A program made the position numbers and the translations under genes. Positions 33,561 through 38,429 of a stretch of 38,429 bases of DNA are shown piece by piece. The stretch is taken from the NCBI GenBank assembly GCA_012512605.1, contig JAAZDX010000028.1:1-38429 (forward strand), written 5' to 3'. The stretch is from Bacillota bacterium (GTDB lineage: Bacteria; Bacillota; UBA4882; UBA10575). Every line of letters starts with the position of its first letter. The first letter of the stretch is position 1. The notes below the pieces were generated by a model. That model worked only from the letters and a program-made list of their open reading frames with translations. It was not told the origin of the DNA and ran no database searches.

Positions 33561-34865
33561 TTAGAATAGACCGCGGATTTGTTGGGCGAGCCAGGAAAAG
33601 AAGGCGCGGATCTGTTGGAAGATGAGCCGGAAAAAACCGGCTTTTTCCACTTCTGCGGTGGTTACCAGTGCCACACTTTCCTGCGACGGCCCTTCTGCCG
33701 TCAGATACTCGTACTCGGTTGGGCCCGTATAGGTCATGACTAACCTTCCAACTTGCTGGCCTTTGGTTACCGGGGCGGTTAATTTCTCCGTTTCCAATTG
33801 CACCTGGGGCTGGTAGAGATCGGCTTCGCCCCGCCGGATGAGAAGCGTTAAAGGTTTAGCCGTGGCGATGCCCACCCGGTTGGTTTTCCCCTTTTGGACC
33901 GGGAGATCGGGCTGATCTGGATCTTGGTAACCTGCGGGAACCAGCTCCTTCCGCTCAAAGCTGTTAAACCCGTAATCCAGCAGTTTTTTTGTTTCCTGAA
34001 AACGATCGGCGTAAGAGCGGCCTTTCATCACCACCGAGATGAGACGGACATCATCCCGCTGGGCGGTGGCGGTAAAACAGTAGCCCGCCAGTGCTGTCGA
34101 GCCGGTTTTTAACCCATCGACCCCTTCGTAACCATAGACCAGTTCCGGTAACATCCAGTTCCAGTTGTCCATTCTAATCGCATCACCCGTATCGGGACGG
34201 AAAGTTTTCCGGGGGATGCTCGCGATGGTTAGGACTTCCGGATAATCCTGGAGGATGCGTAGGGCCATCAGTGCAGTATCTTTGGCGGAAGCTAAATTTT
34301 CCGCGTCGGCCGTTCCAGCCGGGTGCATTCCGAATAAATCCTTGTTGTTCAAGCCGGTGGAGTTGACAAAGGTGTAATTCTCCATCCCCAGCTCCTTTGC
34401 TTTGGCGTTCATCAGGCGTACAAATTCGGTTTCGCTGCCTGCTAGCACTTCCGCTAAGGCGATTGTTGCTCCGTTGGCCGAGTAGATGGCCATTGCTTCG
34501 TAAAGTTCGCCGATGGTATAGTGCTCGTTCCGGCGCAGCGGAACATTGGAGAGGGAGAGGTTCTGGGAAACACGGTACGCATATTCGCTGATGCTGGTCG
34601 TATCTTCCCAGGAGATCTGTTGGTTGTTAATGGCTTCTAAAATTAAATATTCGGTCAGGATCTTTGACATACTGGCCATGGCCAAAGGTTGGTCCGCGTT
34701 TTTTTCGTAGAGAATCTTTCCGGAAGCAGCGTCGACCAAGACCGCGGCTTCAACCCGTAAACGGAGCGGGTCAGCAGTTTGTGCCAAAGTTGACGGGGCC
34801 GTTAAGACAAGCAGCGTTGTAATGAGCAAGAACAAAGCCCGCCGTTTATTTCGAGTGTTCCACAC
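33561..34865 (-). CDS. dacA: D-Ala-D-Ala carboxypeptidase (PBP5, S11 family)
   Basis: Signal peptide, SxxK (ASMSK), SAN, KTG, a PBP5_C domain and a C-terminal amphipathic helix. Confidence 0.9.
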   Translation of the reverse strand: MWNTRNKRRALFLLITTLLVLTAPSTLAQTADPLRLRVEAAVLVDAASGKILYEKNADQPLAMASMSKILTEYLILEAINNQQISWEDTTSISEYAYRVSQNLSLSNVPLRRNEHYTIGELYEAMAIYSANGATIALAEVLAGSETEFVRLMNAKAKELGMENYTFVNSTGLNNKDLFGMHPAGTADAENLASAKDTALMALRILQDYPEVLTIASIPRKTFRPDTGDAIRMDNWNWMLPELVYGYEGVDGLKTGSTALAGYCFTATAQRDDVRLISVVMKGRSYADRFQETKKLLDYGFNSFERKELVPAGYQDPDQPDLPVQKGKTNRVGIATAKPLTLLIRRGEADLYQPQVQLETEKLTAPVTKGQQVGRLVMTYTGPTEYEYLTAEGPSQESVALVTTAEVEKAGFFRLIFQQIRAFFSWLAQQIRGLF

Positions 34866-34979
34866 CTCTAATCACCCCCTAAGCTAAAATCCTTATAATG
34901 CCGAAAATTAATTTACTTTACATTATAACATAAGGGTGTTGCCGAAGGGTCGTTAATTTCCGTAATTATGTAACTCCTG

Positions 34980-35013
34980 AAAAGGTCCAACCGTAGTCGG
35001 TTGGGGCTTTTTT
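34980..35013. terminator. Terminator-like hairpin between DUF378 and dacA
   Basis: AAAAGGTCCAACCG-tagt-CGGTTGGGGCTTTTTT. Confidence 0.7.
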
Positions 35014-35239
35014 AAAGAGTCATCATCCTAGTAAGTTAGAACAATTAGGACAAGCAAAAAGGATTAGCTTTTGTCTAGATCGTTAAGTTGCGGTTTATTG
35101 TTGATTTAAGTATTTTTCCATACGTTTAGTGAGATTTTTCGGAAGCCGGAAAAGGTGTTTTCTAAGGAGTCGCCCACGCTGGCTACGACATCACAACGAG
35201 GATGAAAAAATTGAGCCAGGCGGGCGACAAAAGGCAACC

Positions 35240-35443
35240 TTATTCGTTTTTGGCCTGTTCGCGTTCGCGAAACAGCAAGGTAAGGCAATAGAGCCCGGCT
35301 AAACCAACAAGGGAGTAGATGATCCGACTTACCATGGAGCTCGTTCCGCCAAACATATTCGCGACCAGGTCGAACTGGAACAAACCGACCAGGAGCCAAT
35401 TGAGGGCGCCAATGATCACTAATATTAACGCCAGCCGGTCCAT
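35240..35443 (-). CDS. DUF378 small membrane protein (YuzA-like)
   Basis: LVIIGALNWLLVGLFQFDLVA.MFG...SRIIYSLVGLAG. SD is AAGGAGG. Confidence 0.92.
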   Translation of the reverse strand: MDRLALILVIIGALNWLLVGLFQFDLVANMFGGTSSMVSRIIYSLVGLAGLYCLTLLFREREQAKNE

Positions 35444-35509
35444 AATTTAACCTCCTTTACCCATTTTATTGATGAACTTCTTGTAAAAAGAGTCGTTTTC
35501 GCCTGTCCT

Positions 35510-36736
35510 TCATTGTTCACCCCCTTGAAGCCCTTCCGGCAGAATCTGCTTAGGATGGATGAAGAAAAAGGCCAGGGCGGCGATGGCGACCACGCACCCG
35601 ACATTACTCCAGAAGATGAGCGGCTCGCCGTACTTGGAGGCGAAGCTGAACAGGGGTGGACCGATCGCCACCCCAAAAAAACGGACCGTTCCGTACAGAC
35701 AGGTGACCAGTCCCCGCTCACTGGTGGGTGCGGAAGAAGTAATAAGGGTGTTGAGGGCGGGTAAGGCCATTCCGGTGCCCGTTCCGATCAGGGTCGCAAA
35801 GATCGTTTTGCTGACCATGCCATCGCCTAACGGGAAGCAAAACAAACCCAAGGCCACGAGGGCAAGGCCGCCGATGATGGTCCATTTCATGATCTTGACC
35901 ATCTGCTGTTTGAGCACAATCCCAAAGATGTAGGAAGTGACCGCCATCGCCAGGACGGGAATGGCAATAATCAAGCCCCGTTCAAAAATCTGAAGGTGAA
36001 ATTTCTTTTCAAGCAGATCGGAGAAGAAACTTAACAATCCGAATAAGGAAAAGAGGACAATGAGACCACAGAGGAAGGCAACCCCCAAATTTACCCCTTT
36101 CTCCTTTAGAATCTGGAGGAGATTGGTGAAGTAGGAAGAGAGGGGTTGCGCTTTTTTTTGGGATTTTGCTTCTTGCGCAATGAAAAAGATGGCGAGGGCA
36201 ATCGGTAAGGCCAGGGCGCCATAGACAAAGAATGGCATGTACCAAGCGATTAAACCGATGGCCGCTCCCGCCAAGGGACTGATGACTTTGCCCAACCCAT
36301 TGGCCGCTTCTAAAAGGCCCAGGACTTGGGCCCGTTCGTTATCTTGGATCAGATCGCCCGATAGGGCCATGGCCAGTTGGTAGGTGCCCCCAGCGCCGAT
36401 CCCCTGAATGATTCGGGAGCCTAAAATGTAAGGGTAGGCGTTTCCTTTAAAGAGCAAAGCGGCGGTGCCGGCGAGCAGCCCGCCCGTACCGTAGATGATG
36501 AGGGCGGGGACCATGACAAGTTTCCGCCCAACGTGGTCGGAGAGCATTCCGGCGAAAGGAATCGTTAGTCCGGCCGGGATCGAGAAGGCGGTGATCAAGA
36601 GACCGACTTGGAGGAGGGAAACGTCTAAAGCCCTTTGGATTGCTGGGAGGACCGGAATTAACATCGAATTGCCTAAAACCATGATGAAAGGAACGGTCGC
36701 CAAAACCCCGATGGTTGGCTTGATCTGCGCATCCAT
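35510..36736 (-). CDS. MFS transporter (YitG/YfkL-like, sporulation-associated)
   Basis: True start MDAQIK at 36736 after AAGGAGG. VPFIMVLGNSMLIPVLP, motif A GMLSDHVGRK, about 12 TM segments. Confidence 0.88.
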   Translation of the reverse strand: MDAQIKPTIGVLATVPFIMVLGNSMLIPVLPAIQRALDVSLLQVGLLITAFSIPAGLTIPFAGMLSDHVGRKLVMVPALIIYGTGGLLAGTAALLFKGNAYPYILGSRIIQGIGAGGTYQLAMALSGDLIQDNERAQVLGLLEAANGLGKVISPLAGAAIGLIAWYMPFFVYGALALPIALAIFFIAQEAKSQKKAQPLSSYFTNLLQILKEKGVNLGVAFLCGLIVLFSLFGLLSFFSDLLEKKFHLQIFERGLIIAIPVLAMAVTSYIFGIVLKQQMVKIMKWTIIGGLALVALGLFCFPLGDGMVSKTIFATLIGTGTGMALPALNTLITSSAPTSERGLVTCLYGTVRFFGVAIGPPLFSFASKYGEPLIFWSNVGCVVAIAALAFFFIHPKQILPEGLQGGEQ

Positions 36737-36776
36737 CTTGTATCCTCCTTTTAAGGCGGTTGCGGCATAACAATCA

Positions 36777-36806
36777 TAGTGTGCCAAGGAAAGGAATTTA
36801 TTAAAC
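36777..36806 (-). promoter_or_regulatory. sigmaG/sigmaF-like promoter of MFS-DUF378
   Basis: On the minus strand: GTTTA-N18-CACACTA. Confidence 0.5.
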
Positions 36807-36850
36807 CAACAACTTACACAAAGAGCCCGGGCTGGCCGGTGGCAAAAGTG

Positions 36851-36879
36851 GAATAGTTTACCGCAGCCATGCATAATTT
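36851..36879 (+). promoter_or_regulatory. sigmaE-like promoter
   Basis: GAATA-N16-CATAATTT, upstream of the DOMON-like gene. Confidence 0.45.
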
Positions 36880-36889
36880 GAGGATAAGG

Positions 36890-37825
36890 ATGGTGAGGGC
36901 AGTGTGGAAATATATCCTTCTTTTGCTTGGCGTCTGCCTGTTCTGTGCGCCGGTCCAAGGCCATGAAGGACCCGGTGCCGAGCGGCCGGTCGAAGTCTAT
37001 TTTGCGGCGGTTGATCCGGAAGGCGACGACTACGGGCCGGGGAGTTATGTGTACCCCCGGAATCTGGCTTTCCGACCTTATGAAGGCCTTTACGACCTTC
37101 TGTGGTTCCAAGTCTCCGGCGATGGAGAGCAGTTATTCTTTGATTTACAGATTAAAGAGGTGACCAATCCCTGGAACGCGCCGGAAGGATTTATCCACCC
37201 GGTGATCAATATTTATATCGACACGAAGGCTGGGGGAAGGACCACCCCCTTAAGCGAAGCGCTGGGGGTTAAGATGGCACCACCGTACGGCTGGGAGTTT
37301 TGTCTAGAGGGGGTGGGCTGGGAAAGTAGTCGGTTGGTTTCTTTAACCGCCGATCAAACTTTGGCCTCAGCCGACCTCGCCGCCGTCTACCTGCCGGACC
37401 AAAACTTGATCCGCTTAACGGTACCTATGGCGTTGGTGGGCCGCCCGCAGAAAAGTTGGCGGTATTATGTACTGGTTGGGGCTTATGATGGCTTTGGTCC
37501 TGGTTTTCTCCGAGAGATCCGTGCTGAACCCGGCGACTGGCACTTTGGAGGGGCAAAAACGCCAGAAGCACCTCGTATTCTTGACCTGTTGGCGCCGGAA
37601 AGGGGTAAATATGCGCAGGAAAGACAGTTACAACCGGGGAAAGACGGGCTGCCGGTGATTTACCCGTTCAACATGGAAAAACGGATCCCTTGGGGATATT
37701 TTGGGGCAGCCGGTCTCCTCCTTGCCCTTGGTGGGCTGCTCAAACGACGAATGGTGATTACCGGTTTTTGGTTAAAAGGTACTACCCCTGGCGAAGACGG
37801 TAAACTACAAAAAGATGAGAAATAA
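36890..37825 (+). CDS. Stand-alone glucodextranase DOMON-like domain protein, exported, with a C-terminal membrane anchor
   Basis: DPEGDDYGPGSYVYP, YDL..F.V, NPWNAPEGF....I.IYID, VGAYDGFG and WHFGG. Signal peptide, plus a C-terminal TM followed by KRR. Confidence 0.8.
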   Translation: MVRAVWKYILLLLGVCLFCAPVQGHEGPGAERPVEVYFAAVDPEGDDYGPGSYVYPRNLAFRPYEGLYDLLWFQVSGDGEQLFFDLQIKEVTNPWNAPEGFIHPVINIYIDTKAGGRTTPLSEALGVKMAPPYGWEFCLEGVGWESSRLVSLTADQTLASADLAAVYLPDQNLIRLTVPMALVGRPQKSWRYYVLVGAYDGFGPGFLREIRAEPGDWHFGGAKTPEAPRILDLLAPERGKYAQERQLQPGKDGLPVIYPFNMEKRIPWGYFGAAGLLLALGGLLKRRMVITGFWLKGTTPGEDGKLQKDEK

Positions 37826-37847
37826 TCACAGAGTAACCTGAATTTGG

Positions 37848-37877
37848 GTATAGATTTCCTCTCCCCGCCGAATACTA
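37848..37877 (+). promoter_or_regulatory. Sporulation-sigma-like (sigmaG/E) promoter of yaaL-bofA
   Basis: GTATA-N18-AATACTA. Confidence 0.5.
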
Positions 37878-37899
37878 AAGGGGACGGGGAGGGAACGCA

Positions 37900-38208
37900 A
37901 TGTTTGCCGGGAAGAAGGATTTAATCAACAGTCTATTGAACCAAATAATTAAGGTCGAAGGTTACCAAAAAAAACAAGCGGAAGAAAGGTATTGGCGGCT
38001 GGTCGAGGACGCCAAAAAAGACTGGCAGGAGGCGCGGGCTTACTTTAATACCGTTACCGATCCGGCATTGGTCGATCACGCCATTTATGCGCTGGGCGCG
38101 GCCGAAAAACGCTATGTTTATCTGCTGAAAAAGGCCCGGGAGGAACGGTTTTTCCAGGAGAAGTTTTTGGTGGAAGGGAAAGGGTTCTCTTTAGGGGAGG
38201 AGGTTTGA
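37900..38208 (+). CDS. yaaL: YaaL / DUF2508 family protein
   Basis: A..DW..A..YF..V.DP.LVDHAIY.L.AAEKRY.YLLK.AR, directly upstream of bofA. Confidence 0.85.
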   Translation: MFAGKKDLINSLLNQIIKVEGYQKKQAEERYWRLVEDAKKDWQEARAYFNTVTDPALVDHAIYALGAAEKRYVYLLKKAREERFFQEKFLVEGKGFSLGEEV

Positions 38209-38429
38209 GTGTCGTTCGAAGTCTTGCTGGTTTATTTTCTTCTTTTACTGCTTGTTGCTTTTGGGGGGAAGCGCCTCGCTTCGCCGCTCCAGTTCGGTTT
38301 GGAGCTTCTGTTTAAAGGCGGAAGCGGTTTTCTTCTCCTTTTTGGCTTTAATCTTTTGACCCAATTTACCGGGTATTATTTACCTTTGAATCTTTATACC
38401 ATATTATACTGCGGTTTCTTGGGCCTACC
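38209..38429 (+). CDS. bofA: Pro-sigmaK processing inhibitor BofA (partial, runs off the window)
   Basis: Not in the ORF track. GTG at 38209 after GGAGGAGG gives MSFEVLLVYFLL...FNLLTQFTGYYLPLNLYTILYCGFLGL, matching the BofA P.N...GFLG.P pattern. Adjacent to yaaL. Confidence 0.85.
   Translation, partial: MSFEVLLVYFLLLLLVAFGGKRLASPLQFGLELLFKGGSGFLLLFGFNLLTQFTGYYLPLNLYTILYCGFLGL

Noticed and set aside
29372-34865. Vancomycin-resistance-like pairing of ddl and a DD-carboxypeptidase
   Set aside because: The ligase is the Tyr-type D-Ala-D-Ala enzyme, the carboxypeptidase is a serine PBP5 rather than VanY, and vanH/X/R/S are absent.
36737-37111. 125-aa N-terminal extension of the MFS ORF in the ORF track
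   Set aside because: It overlaps the opposite-strand DOMON gene. A strong SD and a promoter-like motif precede ATG 36736.
1-38429. Mobile elements, prophage, CRISPR, tRNA/rRNA
   Set aside because: No integrase, transposase or phage genes, repeat-spacer arrays or structural RNA signatures were seen.

Overview
This is a gene-dense chromosomal segment from a spore-forming Firmicute (Bacillota). It is probably a diderm (outer-membrane-bearing) lineage, inferred from a beta-barrel-like protein occurring alongside sporulation genes (bofA, yaaL, yuzA-like) and sigmaH/E/G-like promoters. I found no mobile elements, CRISPR arrays, tRNAs or rRNAs. Gene order: DUF1015, helD, Cof HAD hydrolase, three tandem M42 aminopeptidases, outer-membrane barrel, LysE, FRG protein, nadABC, folB, GT4 plus an NDP-sugar pyrophosphorylase/PMM-like fusion, rapZ-yvcK, an FMN riboswitch over a RibXY-like ABC transporter, LysM-SleB hydrolase, FMN-binding glutamate-synthase-like protein, M23 peptidase, ddl, hemerythrin, nadE, CsoR-family regulator-trxA, dacA, DUF378, MFS, DOMON-like protein, yaaL and partial bofA. 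The most notable observations are: (1) a membrane-anchored YvcK/GlmR fused to a PrcB-C-like domain; (2) a two-domain NadE whose glutaminase Cys is replaced by Gly; (3) a convergent promoter pair with an internal terminator upstream of helD; (4) a CstR-like (C-Q-C) repressor with a clear operator over trxA; (5) an unexplained intergenic motif at three loci, one next to a candidate sRNA; (6) a recurring sigmaH-like promoter upstream of several envelope genes. All assignments come from motif recognition by eye; no searches were run.
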